Positions 30,996 through 43,151 of a DNA stretch of 64,000 nucleotides are shown here, in pieces. The notes beneath the pieces are model-generated. The model worked only from the letters and a program-made list of their open reading frames with translations, ran no database searches and was not told where the DNA came from. The DNA lies in assembly GCA_963841735.1 (NCBI GenBank), contig CAWJDT010000001.1, forward strand, positions 672,001-736,000, written 5' to 3'. Position 1 is the stretch's first letter; every line of letters begins with the position of its first letter. The position numbers were made by a program, and so were the translations under genes. This DNA comes from an uncultured Actinomycetes bacterium (GTDB taxonomy: Bacteria > Actinomycetota > Thermoleophilia > RBG-16-64-13).

Positions 30996-31862
30996 TTGGC
31001 TCCATTTCGGTGCTCTGTAGAGCTGTAGGAGGATAGAGTCTGGGTGAGACGGAGTCTCGTGCCTCGCTCGATAGATAGTAACTCCGCGGCGCTTGCTCCG
31101 TTCAGGGCGAGCGCCACCTGTCCCCAGGAATCGCAGAATATGCCCAGCTCGCCGGCGCGGAGTTCGCCGTAGGTCTTGACCACGCGGGCGTTCCAGTCAG
31201 GTAGGTCTTCGCCGACAATCTCCACCGCGAAGTCACCCTCCTGCGGAGATAGCAGGGAGAAGCGCAGGGCAAGCCCCGCGTTGCCGAAACGGTCGATCTC
31301 GATGACCTCGGCTACAGCTCCCTCGTCGCCGGCCTCGGCAAAGGGGGGAACCAGCGTAGTCAATCCCGCGGGGTCGATAGCAGATCCGAGCGAGGACGGG
31401 TGGATGCCGACGGCCAGGAGGGCGGCGGCTGGGGCGAATACATCCCGGCCGTGAAACGTGAAGGAGACCTCCCCGTCCGGCAGTGTGGCTTGGTGCCGGA
31501 GCCGAGCCGGTTCGAGCAGCCATGCGGACTCGAGGCCGCCCAGCGCCACTGCGGCGTCTAGGAGCAGACCGTTGTCGGGACCCACAAGAGCATCTCGGCG
31601 GGCGGTGATGAGAGCCAGAGGCCTCCTGACTGGTTCCCACACCTGGATCGACAACGGCCAAGTGAACAGCGGGAGGAAACAGCGGAGCCACCCTGCTGAG
31701 AGTGAGAGCTCCGGCGGGGACGTCGCCCGCGGGCACTTCATGCCAGACATGCAGGACCCGGACTTCTGGAGCAATCGTCGTCACCACCGCCTCGCAGGCG
31801 GCCACGTACCCCCCAGCCCAGCCGAAATCGCTGGTGAAGGTGATGATATCCAGTTCGCTCAT
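30917..31862 (-). CDS. SAM hydroxide adenosyltransferase / chlorinase-fluorinase family (DUF62), frameshifted
   Basis: ITFTSDFG, VHLAVVDPGVGT, GPDNGLL, TFHGRDVFAP and IDRFGN. Confidence 0.88.
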
Positions 31863-34157
31863 GGCTCTCCCAGACCCACTCGCAGCAACACCTGCTGCAT
31901 GGAACACATGCTCGGGAAGTCCGTCTCGACCGATGCGCAACACCAGATTGGCAGGCCCTATCGCCTTCGCGGTCGACAGAGCCAGAGGAAGGGAGGCCTC
32001 GATGACATCCTCCCAGTGGGCCCGTGCGCCTTCTTGAAGAGTCGGATCCTGCGTGCAGCTTACAGCTACCTGGCCCTCGGGCCACAGGGTCATCAGGACC
32101 GAAAGGTCATCGCGTCCGCCGTCCCAGGTGAGGTGAAGCTCTAGCTCTAGGCCCACGGTGAGAGAAGCGGTTCCAGGCTTGGCAAGCAGACACAGGCTTC
32201 CGGAGCTCCAACCATAGCGGACCTCCTGGAAAGTCGTGGTTGTTGCCCGCTGCATGGTGGACGATAGCTCCGGGGCCAGGAATCCGGCGGCTGCCCATTC
32301 TTGCGGATCGGTGAGCCTCCCGTCGATGACTGGATCAACAGGGCCGAGAGGTGGTCTGGCAGGAAGGATCTCCCGCTCCAGAAGCGGCAGCAGTAGCTCG
32401 ATAGGCACGGGCTCACCCAGCAAGCGGTACACCTCCTGAAGGTGCGAGCGGAAATCGCGGTCCCAGACGTAGTCGAGATTGGTGCGGTGGTGTTCCCCGA
32501 ACCACCAGAACCAGTCGCTGCCTTCGGCGACCAGGATGTGATGCCAGGCGGCGGACAGCGCCTCGCTCGCCCCCGAGTTCGCAGAGTCGGGGGGTGACGG
32601 ATCGGCTGCGGCGTGGCTTTCTGCGGCGTGGCTGTGCGCGGAGGTTGAGCCGTGTGCGAGGCTCGCCCGGCCGTGCCTGGAGGCCGCGTCGCGGGCTCGT
32701 CCCAGCTGCCCCCATGCGGCATTGTGGGCCTTGTCGCCGCACCAGGTGCGTAGGTCGCCCCCGATCCAGGAGCCGGTATGGAGCCACTCCAGTGAGCGTT
32801 GCGGAGGGTGCTCGCGCAGGTGCTCCGAGACGGTGACGCACCGGAGTGCAGGGTCGGAGCTCAGTCCCTCGTACAGATAGCGGAGGAAGTCTCTGCCGTC
32901 GCGAGGGTAGTACTCCCAAGCGTTCTCGCCGTCGAGGGCGATAGTCACCAGGGGGACTTCGGAGTGAGGCCTAGCCGGTCGCGGGCGCTGAGGAGAGGAG
33001 AGTCGTGCGCAGATCTCGCAGCCGGCGGAGCAGATCGGCCGCCGCGTCGCGGGAATGCCAGAGACTGATAGGTGAAGCCGATGAGATCGGAAAGAGTGTG
33101 GTCGCGGAACACAATCGCGATGTTTCCGGCTCTCGCGCTCGAGCCGGTAGGGGACGTAAGGAGACGCCGGACCAAGCGCGGAGGGGGCGACGGGAAGGAC
33201 GGTGGCGGCGGACGGAGGGGCGACGGCCGAGCCCACCCCCGACACCGAGCGGGCGAGGACGGTCTCATCGGAGATGGTCCACGAAAGGCCGGCAGCGATC
33301 AGCAAGGGGATGACATCCTCGCCGACGGCCTGTTCCGAGCACCACATGCCCCGCGGTGGCTCGCCGAAGACGCGGACATGCTTATCCATAGCGGTCTTTG
33401 ACCTGCTCGGCGGCGTCTTCAGGGTGCGCGAAGCGGCGCGGAGGCAGGAGCACGTCGGGGGAAGCGATGCGGGCGGAGTCGGTGTTGCAGAGCAGGGGCA
33501 GGATGGGGTGGAAATAGGGGGAGGTGGAAAGCTCTATCTGGCCGCGGCGGGCCGCGTCGCGGTAGGCGGGAAGAACGCCGGCCAGGATGTCGGCCTGGAC
33601 GGCGGCCAGTACCTGCTTGTCTTCTTCGCGGAAATCGCGGCCGCGCTCGACCAGTTGGCGCAGAGGGTCGGTCTCCAAGGCCTGGGGGTCGAACCAGGCC
33701 AGGTTGAACCACACCTGGAGATCGCGCAACTCGTCGTGGTGAAGGCGCCGGCGCAGGCCACCCAGTCGGGAGAGGCCGCCTCTCTCTTGTGGGCCAGCTC
33801 CAGGTATCGGGGGTGGAGGCGGGTGCGGAGGTGGTCGGAGCGCTCGCACATGCGCTCGACCACGAAGGCCCGCTCGGCGGGGTCGAGCTCGGCGGCGGGC
33901 TTCAGCGTGAGGTCCCAGTAGACGTCGGCGAAATCGCCGGAGGCGTAGTCTTCCAACTGCTCGACCAACGATGGCACCAGGTTGAAGGTCTGGTGAAGTT
34001 CCGGGTACGCGGACAGGGTCTCCACCATGTCCAGGTAGTCCTTGAGGGCGTGCAGCCGCGCCCAGGGCATCTCGAAGGCACCGGTACGCGCCGACCGATA
34101 GTACGGCTGGTGCATGTGCCACACGAACGCTACATGAAGCGGTTCAGACGTAGGCAT
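31859..34157 (-). CDS. Glycoside hydrolase family 57 (amylopullulanase-like), frameshifted
   Basis: WHMHQPYY, HALKDY, PYFHPILP, GMWCSE, LDGENAWE and AEGSDWFWW. Confidence 0.9.
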
Positions 34158-35358
34158 CCATCGCTCGGACAAAGTTGTTGTAGACACGCTGTTGCTCGGT
34201 GAGGATGCGGTCGGGTCCCAGATCCCACCATTCTTTGGGAGTGAAATACGCCGACACCTCGGCCTCGGAGCCGGAACGGCCGGCCCACTGGATGAGGTGC
34301 AGGTTGTCGGACTGGAGAAGCCACAGGGCCAGGTCGAGGAAAGTCGTGGAGTCCGGTCAGGCGGGCCTTGTGAAGGGCCGAGTGCATCAGTCGGAAGATC
34401 GCTTGTTGTGAGGCGTTGCCCAGGAAGAACTCCATTCCCCCGGAGCCCGCCCAGGTGGTGCCGAACTCCGGCAGCGGGAGATCGGGGAGCTCGGTTTGGC
34501 CGAACTGCTCCACCGCTTCGCTAGGCAGCAGGCAGCGGACGCCATGCTTCGTGAGCTGTTCGGGCAGAGCGCGCATGAACTCGAATATGCCGGTGTCGAC
34601 GTTGTGGTGTTCACCGAAGGTCTCGAAGTCCCAGCCGATGAACACCAAGTCGCCCCAGGCCTTGCGGAGATTGGCGGCGTAGGCGTCGGCGCGCAGGGGG
34701 TAGCCGGCCCAGGTCTTGTTGCTGAACCGGTAGCCCACGTCGTCGGACAGCTCGTGGTGACGGCAGAACAGAGCGAGGTCGCGTTGGCCGTGAGCAGTAG
34801 AGGTGGGTGGGCTCGCGCCATTCCATCACCCAGGGGCGGCCGTCGAGCATGCCCGCGCTGTACCCGGCTTGAAGGAGGGCGTAGTAGATCTCGTTGTTCA
34901 TCACCAACTCGGTGGTGTCGGTGACCCGGATCTCCTTGTCGAAGAACTCCTCGGCGTAGGTCTTGCCGCGGAGCATCTCCTCCTGGAACAGCTTGATGTC
35001 GATAGCAAAGGCGAAGCTGTGGTAGGGCTCGACGCCCACCAACTCGCAGTTGGGATGGCTCACCAGCTTCTGGAAGCGCTCGGCGAGAGCTTTGTCCCAG
35101 CTGGCGGAGCTGCCAGAGATAGCTCACCGAGAAGCCCAGTCCCAGCTTGAAACCGCGGTCGAGCATGTCCTGGAACATCTCGGTGGCCGGGTAGTAGCAC
35201 CAGCGGGCCACCTTGTCGAAGTAGTGCTTGTTCAGAACGTCGTCGAACAGGTAGGGCGCCATGTCGGTGGGCTTGGTGCCCGGCGGGATGACCTCGGCCG
35301 GCAGCTTGATCCGGCGGGGTTGATGGATGACGCAGTAGGTGACGAGGTTCTCGGCCAT
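34144..35358 (-). CDS. Glycoside hydrolase family 57 (alpha-amylase-like), frameshifted
   Basis: IHQPRR, CYYPA, EPYHS, DTTEL, GYRFS and DFETFGEH. Confidence 0.85.
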
Positions 35359-35381
35359 GGCCGCCCTTCTAGTCGATGGGT

Positions 35382-36884
35382 TCATCTGCGGAGCTGTCCA
35401 ACTGGGGCTTGATCGAGAGGCGTCGCGAGACGGACTGCCCGCCGTAGGCCAAGGGACTCGGCTGGGGCCTCCCCTTCGGGTGCCTCGGCCGCTCCGGCTT
35501 GGGGCGGCTCCTCTTGCGAAGCGGCCGGCGGGGCCGGTGGGGCCGGCTCCGCGGGGCTTTGCTGCGGCGGGTCGACCAGCTGGCGCAGCCCCACATACTC
35601 CAGCTTGCCCAGTAGGTTGTCGACGATCACGTTCTCCCAGGTGAAGCTGCGGGCTGTCTCCTGCGCGTCAACGCGCAGCCGTTGCACGACTTCGGGGTGT
35701 GCCCGCAGGAAGGCGAGGGCGATGTTGATCTCAAAAGGGTCGTCGGTGTCTAGCACCACCGAGTTCAGGAACGGCACCGCGTAGTCCTCGCCGGTGGAAC
35801 CCACGAAGGCGACGTCCGGCCGCTGCCATGACTTCCAGCCCCACCAGGCCGAACGGTTCGTGGCCCGAGTTGGCCAACACCGCGTCGGCTCCCGAGTATA
35901 GAGCAGCGAGATGAACTCGTCGGTCATGAAACTGGTGATGTGGTAGACATCGGCCAAGGGGGCGTTCGGCAAGGGCTGTGATGGCTTCCTCGGGGTCTTT
36001 GGGCAGGGGTATGTCGGCCACCACAAGCCCTTGGGCTCGTGCGCCGGCCAGGACCTCGAGGCCGTGCGGTTCCACTCCCCCACGGACGACGGTGGCCACC
36101 GCGTGACCCCGGCGCTTTTCCTCAGCCATGGCTTCCATGGCCATGTGCCAGCGCTTGTCGGGACTGAAGCGGCCGATCTTGAAGACCAGCTCGCGCTCGC
36201 CGAAGGCGGAGCGCAGTCGGGACACGAGCGCAGGGTCGGCCGTACGGATGCGGTCGGCGGGGATGCCGTTGGGGATGACGAGCGGATTCACGCCAACATC
36301 CCACATGACGTGCTTCATGTAGCGGGAGACCGTGGTGATCTGGGAGCAGAAGCCGAGTCTCCCCCAGTTGATGCGGTCGAAGCCCATCACGTTGTTGGCG
36401 TTCCACAGGATGATGGTCTTGTCTCGCAGGCTCTCGGCCCACAGAACGGTCGGAGAGCTGGCAGGTGGAGTAGGCCGTGTGCCACTCCTCGGCCAGGATG
36501 GCAGTCAGACGGCCGGCGGCCGCGGCGGGAGCTACCAGTTGCGAGACCACGAAGCTCGGGCAGCTGCTCGTTCCAGTCGACGAGCTTGGCCTCCTCGCCG
36601 TGGTAGACCCCGGCGGGGTAGTGGGCAGAGAGTCCACTGCGACCGGCGATGCAGGGTGAGGTTCTCGGCAGGGGACTCCTGCGCGGGAAGTCGCGGGTCG
36701 CCTATGAAGACCAGGTGCGTCCGGTGAGCCTTGCCGAGCCAGTTCCAGAGCGAGCTCCTTCATGCGCACGCCCGAGTCCACCGGCCATTGAGTACTGATC
36801 GGGGCCCTCGAAAGAGAGAAGCACGAAGTCCAAAGAATCAGGCGTCAGATTGGGAAAAGCGACCAAGACGCCTCCTCCTGCCAT
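35382..36884 (-). CDS. GT4-type glycosyltransferase, multiply frameshifted
   Basis: SFEGPDQYSMAGGLG, VIPNGI, IGRFSPDK and EPFGLVGLEVMAA. Confidence 0.8.
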
Positions 36885-37005
36885 TTGGCTGAGCTACAGC
36901 TTGCCTCTAGCATACCCTTGTTCCGCGCTCACGATGCACGTTCACCAGGGCTGTGCTAACTTGCTACGCTGTACGCCCTTTTGAGGATGGAAAGGCAGGA
37001 AAGGC

Positions 37006-38360
37006 ATGACCGTCAAGTTCCTTCTACCGGAGGAAAGAATACCCACGGCTTGGTATAACCTCGCGGCCGATCTCTCTGTGCCCCCGCCCCCGCCCCTCCA
37101 CCCGGGGACACATCAGCCGGCCGGTCCCGACGATCTGGCTCCACTGTTCCCGATGGGCCTCATCATGCAGGAGATGTCGTCGGAACGCATGATCGAGATC
37201 CCGGACGAGGTGCGGGAGATCTACCGGCTGTGGCGGCCGACCCCGCTGTTGCGCGCGGCGCGATGGGAGAAGGCCCTCGGTACTCCCGCGAAGATCTACT
37301 TCAAATACGAAGGCGCCAGCCCGGCTGGTTCGCACAAGCCGAACACCGCTATCGCCCAGGCCTGGTACAACAAGCAGGAGGGCATCACCAAGCTCACCAC
37401 CGAGACCGGCGCCGGCCAGTGGGGCTCGGCTCTCTCCTTGGCCTGTCGGCTGTTCGAGATGGAATGTCTTGTCTACATGGTGAAGGTCTCCTACTACCAG
37501 AAGCCCTATCGCCGGAGCATGATCAGGGTGTGGGGCGCGGAAGTCATCCCCAGCCCCTCCGACACCACTGCAGCCGGCCGTGCGGTCTTGGCCGCTGGAC
37601 CCGGATTCGCCGGGGAGCCTCGGGATAGCCATCAGCGAAGCGGTGGAACTTGCCGCCCAGAGGGACGACACTCACTACGCGCTGGGCTCGGTGCTCAACC
37701 ACGTGCTTCTGCACCAGACAGTCATCGGCCAGGAAGCCATCGAGCAGATGGAACTGGCCGGCGCGTATCCCGACTTCGTGGTGGGTTGTGTCGGCGGTGG
37801 CTCCAACTTCGCCGGCATCGCCTTCCCCTTCGTGGGTGAGAACATCAAGAGAGGGCAAGAAGACCCGCTGCATCGCGGTCGAGCCGGCGGCCTGCCCGAG
37901 CATGACCAAGGGCATCTACGCGTTCGACTACGGTGATACCGCCAAGCTCACGCCGCTGGTCAAGATGGACACTCTGGGCCACGACTTCATCCCGCCGGGC
38001 ATCCACGCCGGTGGTCTTCGCTACCACGGCATGGCCCCCATGCTCTCGCATGCCTACCATCTTGGCCTCGTCGAGGCGCAGTCGGTAATGCAGACCGACG
38101 TCTTCACCGCCGGTGTGAGCTTCGCACGGTCGGAGGGGATCATCGCGGCTCCCGAGAGCTGTCACGCCATCGCTGCAGTGAGGCAACTGGCCGAGGAGTG
38201 CAAGCAATCCGGCGACGAGAAGACCATCCTCTTCAATCTGAGCGGTCACGGTCACTTCGACATGGCTGCGTACGACAACTACTTCGACGGCAAACTCGAG
38301 GACTACGCTTATCCGGAAGAGAAGATCAAAGAGGCGATGAAGAACCTGCCCAAGATCTGA
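37006..38360 (+). CDS. TrpB2-type PLP enzyme (tryptophan synthase beta-like), two frameshifts
   Basis: [33 protein letters not shown] and SGHGHFD. Confidence 0.92.
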
Positions 38361-38444
38361 GTCGAGTGAGCCGGCGCGCAGCCGGCAGTCCAGGGGGCGT
38401 CGGGACACCGGCGCTCGAATGGGCAAGAAGCATTGTTGCGTGTG

Positions 38445-38474
38445 GGGCGCCCCAGCTGGGGCGCCCTTCTTATT
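38445..38474 (+). terminator. Intrinsic terminator between convergent trpB2 and DUF72
   Basis: Perfect palindrome GGGCGCCCC-AGCT-GGGGCGCCC followed by TTCTTATT. Confidence 0.6.
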
Positions 38475-38516
38475 AGGGGGAAGGTTCCGGGGCGCCCTTC
38501 TTGTTTGAGCGGGTCC

Positions 38517-39405
38517 CTATTCCAGGAGCGACAGCATCATCTGGGCGTTCTTGGGTGCGTAGTCGGCGAAGCAGTTGTTGAACATCAAGTAGGTGACAGC
38601 CGCTTGATCGGTGTAGGTGGCGGACCGGCTCCACCCACTGGGCCAACTCCCCCGTGGAGTAGAAGTACTTGAAGCGCTCCGCCGCTGAGCTCACGCGGGC
38701 GTTCCAGGTGGCCGCGTTGCGACCGTGAAAGCGGACATAGGCGACGTCGGCGGTGGCCGCGGCAAGCGGCGGCAACACGGTGGGTCCCTGCAGACGGGGC
38801 TCGTCGACGCAGACGTAGGCCGCTCCCAGTGAGGTGAGCAGATCTAGAGTGGTATCCACCATGTCGGGCTCCACCCAGGAGACATGCCGGAACTCCACCG
38901 CCACCGGGTCGGGCGCCAGAAGGCCGACACTCTGCGCGATGTAGTCGCGGTTGGCCTGGTTGGCCACGAAGTAGGGCGGGAACTGCAGCAAGACCAGTCC
39001 CAGCTTTCCAGCGGCGCGCAGGGGCTCCAGTGCTTGGCTGAAGAGAGCGAAGGCCTCCGCGCGCAGTGCCGGAGGCAGGTGCACGATACGGCCGCGCGCG
39101 TCGAGCTCCAGCTCATGCGCCATCCGCAGGGGGCTGGGGAGTTGCTCGGGCCGCACCCCGTGCCGGGTCAGCATGGCGAAGGCCTTGATGTGGAATACGA
39201 AGCCCGCCGGAGTGCGTTCGGCCCAAAGGCGCGACGTGTTCGGCGTAGGCATGCCGTAGAAACTGGAGTCGACCTCGACGGTGTCGAAATGCGCGGCGTA
39301 GAAGCGCAGCCGGTCGGCGGCGGTGCGCGCGGCCGGTGGATACCAGGCCCGCACCATGGTGGGGTCGGTCCAGGAACAGGTGCCGACACGAGCAGCTCCA
39401 AGCAT
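38517..39405 (-). CDS. DUF72 (YecE-like) protein, frameshift near 3' end
   Basis: GTCSW, VEVDSSFY, LLQFPP, VEFRH and YVRFHGRN; the C-terminal MFNNC lies in another frame. Confidence 0.9.
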
Positions 39406-39429
39406 GAGCAAAGGATATACTGACTAGCC

Positions 39430-40072
39430 ATGAAGTTGCAGCGGCAAGAGACAGGTGTGCCAAGCTCAGGCGGGTCAGGCGGATGCGAGGCTCGAGAGGA
39501 GCGGCGCAGGCGGTGGTCGATGCTTGTGATGGTGTTCGCGCTGGTCGTCACTGCAGTGACTGCGGTAGGGTGCGACTCTGGTGACGGGAGCGGAGATGGG
39601 CAGACCACTCTGCCTGCGACCAGCGGGAGCGAGCAGGATGACATCCAGGGTGTCGTGGGCGAGGACCTCGAGGTGGGCGACGCTGTGGTCACGGTACGGG
39701 CGCTCGAAGTCGCCTTTCAGCCGGCAATGCCGCCGCAAAGGCTGAGCGACGAGACTCCCGCCCCACCCGCTGCAGGCGAGGGCTTCTATCAGGCCTACGT
39801 ACGCGTCACAAACAACGGGATGATCCCCATCAGAGTCGATCCGAGCCGACTTTGTTTGCGCCGTGGGGAACGCTGTCGCCAGGATCGAGCCGACTCGGTC
39901 AGGGCCCCTGCCGCGCAGCCTCATCGAAGGCACATCGCTGGATCTACTGCTGACCTTCAAGGCTCCGACAGGCTACGAGCCGACGCTCATCTACAACCCG
40001 TTCTGGTACGACGGGGTCATAACTGTGAGTCCCGAGGCAGCAACGATCACTACCAGCACCACCGAATCCTGA
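39430..40072 (+). CDS. Putative lipoprotein with Ig-like (DUF4352-like) domain, one frameshift
   Basis: Hydrophobic segment with AVGC lipobox; the 3' half is in ORF 39863..40072. Confidence 0.55.
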
Positions 40073-40097
40073 GCAGCTTCCTGCGGGGTGCAGCCTC

Positions 40098-40769
40098 CTA
40101 GCGCCAGGCAACGGCCCGCACGGGAGCGCCGTCGGCTTCGGCTACGGCCAGTGGCAAGAAGGCGCAGGTAAACGGTCCCGTGCCCAGCCGCCTCAGTCCG
40201 CACAGGTTCTCGGCTATCAGCACGTCATGACCTAACAGTAGCCGGTGGACCGGGTAGGGAGCCTCGTCCAGACTCGGGCCGTCTGTGCCCACCAGGCCGG
40301 CGCCGGCCTCGAGCAACAGTTGAGCCCCTGCGAGACTAAGCAAGGCCCCTTGGGTCCAGAGCAGCACGAAATCCCCGGGCTGCAGATACGCGTTGCGCAG
40401 GAGTCTCGAGAGCCGCTCAGGTTCGAGCATCGCGGGACCGTCGGCGCAGTCGTCGGTAGAGCGTGGGCCGCGTTCCGGGCCGCCCGCCGCCGCTTGTCGC
40501 CCGGCCCGGCCGCCGGTCTCCGGGCGCACATCAAGCAGCACACCGGGCCGGACGAAGCGTTCCGCCGGGTACTGGTCGAGGGTGGCGCCGGCGGGGAAGA
40601 AGTGCCGGGGCGCATCCAGGTGGGTGCCGGTGTGCGAGCCCAAGCAGATTCTGCTTACCGCGTACCCATGGGTTTCGTACGAGAGCACACGCTCAACGAC
40701 CACAGGTGGATCACCGGGGAGCACAGGCATCCCGGCGGTGAGGGGACGAGTCAGGTCGAAGAGCTCCAT
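40098..40769 (-). CDS. Cyclase family protein (kynurenine formamidase-like)
   Basis: HTGTHLDAPRHF, VGTDGPSLD, IAENL and DGAPVRAVA. Confidence 0.9.
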   Translation of the reverse strand: MELFDLTRPLTAGMPVLPGDPPVVVERVLSYETHGYAVSRICLGSHTGTHLDAPRHFFPAGATLDQYPAERFVRPGVLLDVRPETGGRAGRQAAAGGPERGPRSTDDCADGPAMLEPERLSRLLRNAYLQPGDFVLLWTQGALLSLAGAQLLLEAGAGLVGTDGPSLDEAPYPVHRLLLGHDVLIAENLCGLRRLGTGPFTCAFLPLAVAEADGAPVRAVAWR

Positions 40770-40791
40770 TGGTGCCGGGCGCTGGCTGAGG

Positions 40792-41136
40792 TCAGCGGAA
40801 CAGATTGAGCAGAAACGCCAGGTCGTCGGTGGAGGTCAACGCGTGGTACTGGCCCGCCGGCATGTAGTAGAGGGCGCCGGGCTTGCCCTCGTACTCGGTG
40901 TCGCCTATCTGGATCTTGCCGGCTCCCCGAAGTACATGGATGGTCGCCGCCCAGCGGGACGCGTGTCCCGACATGTGTTCACCGGTGCTCATGGCGAAGA
41001 GGCTGATGTTGGCCTTGGGGGAGTCGACCAGAGTCTTGCTCACGATGCCGCGCTCGGCGAACTGGGTCAGTTGGTCTAGGTCGCCTGTCCACGGCTGATC
41101 AGATTCCGGGTCGGTTTTTGCGGGGTCTTCCATCAC
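40792..41136 (-). CDS. Cupin domain protein
   Basis: IVSKTL, LFAMSTGEHMSGH and MPAGQYHAL. Confidence 0.85.
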   Translation of the reverse strand: MMEDPAKTDPESDQPWTGDLDQLTQFAERGIVSKTLVDSPKANISLFAMSTGEHMSGHASRWAATIHVLRGAGKIQIGDTEYEGKPGALYYMPAGQYHALTSTDDLAFLLNLFR

Positions 41137-41183
41137 GGCCTCCTTAGGAATGTGGGTGGGCGGCGCTGGGGCGCCGGCCCCCG

Positions 41184-42155
41184 TCAGTAGGTGGTCGGCA
41201 GACCCGTGGCTTCGCGCACCCGGTGCATCACCTGCTGGGCAACGGCGCGGGCGCGCATCCCGCCTTCCCGGAGCACGTCCGTGACTAAGCCGGGGTCCTT
41301 CTCAAGTTCCCTGCGGCGCTCGCGAAACGGGGCGAAATACTCGTCGATGAGTTGCAGCAGACGCTTCTTGACGTCGCCATACCCCATCCCGCCGGCCTTG
41401 TAGCGGGCCTCCCACTCGGCCTTCTCGGTTTCGGACGCGAGTAGGCTGAGTAACAGGAAGGGCACAGACTGCGATGGGTCCTTGGGCGCCTCCACGGGAG
41501 TGGAGTCGGTGACGATGGACATGACCTTCTTCTTGAGGTCCTTGCCCTCGTCGAAGATGCCGATCTCGTTGCTGTAGCTCTTGGACATCTTGCGTCCGTC
41601 GATGCCGGGTACCACAGCGGTGGAGTCGAGGATGTACGGCTCGGGGATGATGAACACCTCGCCGAACTGCTGGTTGAATTTACCGGCGATGTCGCGGGTC
41701 ATCTCCAAGTGCTGCTTCTGATCTTGACCCACCGGTACGATGTCCGCCAGATAGATGAGGATGTCCGCCGCCTGCAGAACTGGATAGGCAAAAAGGCCGT
41801 GGCTGGGGCTGAGCCCTTGGGCGACCTTGTCCTTGTAGCTCACCGCTCGTTCCAGGAGACCCATGGGTGTGACGCAGGAGAGTATCCAGGAGAGTTCGGT
41901 GACCTCGGGAACATCCTGTTGGGCAAAGAGGGCGCTGTGTTCGGGATCCAGGCCGAGGGCGAGGAAGTCCAGGGCTACGCCCATCGTGTACTCGCGTAGC
42001 AGGGCGGCGTCCTGCACCGCGGTGAGCGCATGGTAGCTTGCGATGAAGTAAAACGGCTCATTGCCCTGTTGGAGGGTGATGTACTGGCGGAGGGCTCCGA
42101 AGTAGTTGCCCAAATGGGGTCGGCCCGAGGGCTGTATGCCGGATAGTATGCGCAT
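41184..42155 (-). CDS. trpS: Tryptophan--tRNA ligase
   Basis: SGIQPSG, HLGN, YPVLQAADIL, GQDQ and KMSKS. Confidence 0.97.
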   Translation of the reverse strand: MRILSGIQPSGRPHLGNYFGALRQYITLQQGNEPFYFIASYHALTAVQDAALLREYTMGVALDFLALGLDPEHSALFAQQDVPEVTELSWILSCVTPMGLLERAVSYKDKVAQGLSPSHGLFAYPVLQAADILIYLADIVPVGQDQKQHLEMTRDIAGKFNQQFGEVFIIPEPYILDSTAVVPGIDGRKMSKSYSNEIGIFDEGKDLKKKVMSIVTDSTPVEAPKDPSQSVPFLLLSLLASETEKAEWEARYKAGGMGYGDVKKRLLQLIDEYFAPFRERRRELEKDPGLVTDVLREGGMRARAVAQQVMHRVREATGLPTTY

Positions 42156-42305
42156 GCGAGCAAGTTTAGCGAAACTGTGTGGCACGCGTTGGGCGCGCGG
42201 GGCGCGTTTTTGGTATACATATATCAGGATGGAAAGGGGCCATCAGGACGGGGCGTGTCAAATGGCCTGTGCTGGCAGGCTTGAGCTGATCCGAGGAGGG
42301 ATGCC

Positions 42306-43151
42306 GTGAGGGAATTGGACGTTGCTCGGGTTACGGAGGCGGTGGCCAAGTTGGCCGTCGACGCCTGCAACTATCTGGGCGAGGACGTCGTGGCTTTCTT
42401 TGAGAACGCGATAGACCGGGAGCAGTCGGAAACGGGACGGGACATCCTTACCCAACTGCTGGAGAATGCCAATCTGGCCCGGGACACTGATCGCCCGCTG
42501 TGCCAGGACACCGGTCTGGCAGTGGTCTTTCTCGAGATAGGCCAGGACGTGCACCTGGTGGGCGGCGATCTGGAGGATGCGGTCAACGAAGGCGTGCGCA
42601 AGGGTTACGACGAGGGCTACCTGCGCAAGTCGGCTGTGGCCGACCCTATCGGCGCTCGCAAGAACACCGGTGACAACACGCCGGCTATGCTGCATACCCG
42701 CATCGTGCCCGGGGATAAGGTGAAGGTGACCGTGGCTCCCAAGGGCGGCGGCGCCGAGAACATGAGCGCCATCGGCATGCTCAAGCCCTCCCAGGGTCGG
42801 CAAGGCGCCATCGACTTCATTGTCGACACGGTCAGTAAAGCCGGCCCGAACCCCTGTCCGCCCATCGTGGTGGGCGTGGGACTCGGAGGCACCTTCGAGA
42901 AGGCCGCTTATATGGCCAAGCATTCTCTTCTGCGCATGGTGGGTTCCACCAATCCGGACCCGCGGCTGGCAGAGCTCGAGGACGAGATAGAGAAGCGCTG
43001 CAACGACCTGGGCATCGGCCCAGCCGGTCTGGGCGGTACAGTCACGGCCATCGACGTGTTCATCGAGGAACTGCCCGCCCATATCGCCAGCATGCCGGTA
43101 GCGGTGAACGTGCAGTGTCACTCGGCCAGGCACAAGGAGGCGGTGCTGTAA
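42306..43151 (+). CDS. Fe-S fumarate hydratase, alpha subunit
   Basis: PLCQDTG, KGGGAEN, GPNPCPP and QCHSARH. Confidence 0.93.
   Translation: MRELDVARVTEAVAKLAVDACNYLGEDVVAFFENAIDREQSETGRDILTQLLENANLARDTDRPLCQDTGLAVVFLEIGQDVHLVGGDLEDAVNEGVRKGYDEGYLRKSAVADPIGARKNTGDNTPAMLHTRIVPGDKVKVTVAPKGGGAENMSAIGMLKPSQGRQGAIDFIVDTVSKAGPNPCPPIVVGVGLGGTFEKAAYMAKHSLLRMVGSTNPDPRLAELEDEIEKRCNDLGIGPAGLGGTVTAIDVFIEELPAHIASMPVAVNVQCHSARHKEAVL

Noticed and set aside
31233-33389. Apparent GH57-DUF62 fusion ORF
   Set aside because: An ATGA overlap at 31859-31862 indicates two coupled genes joined by an indel error.
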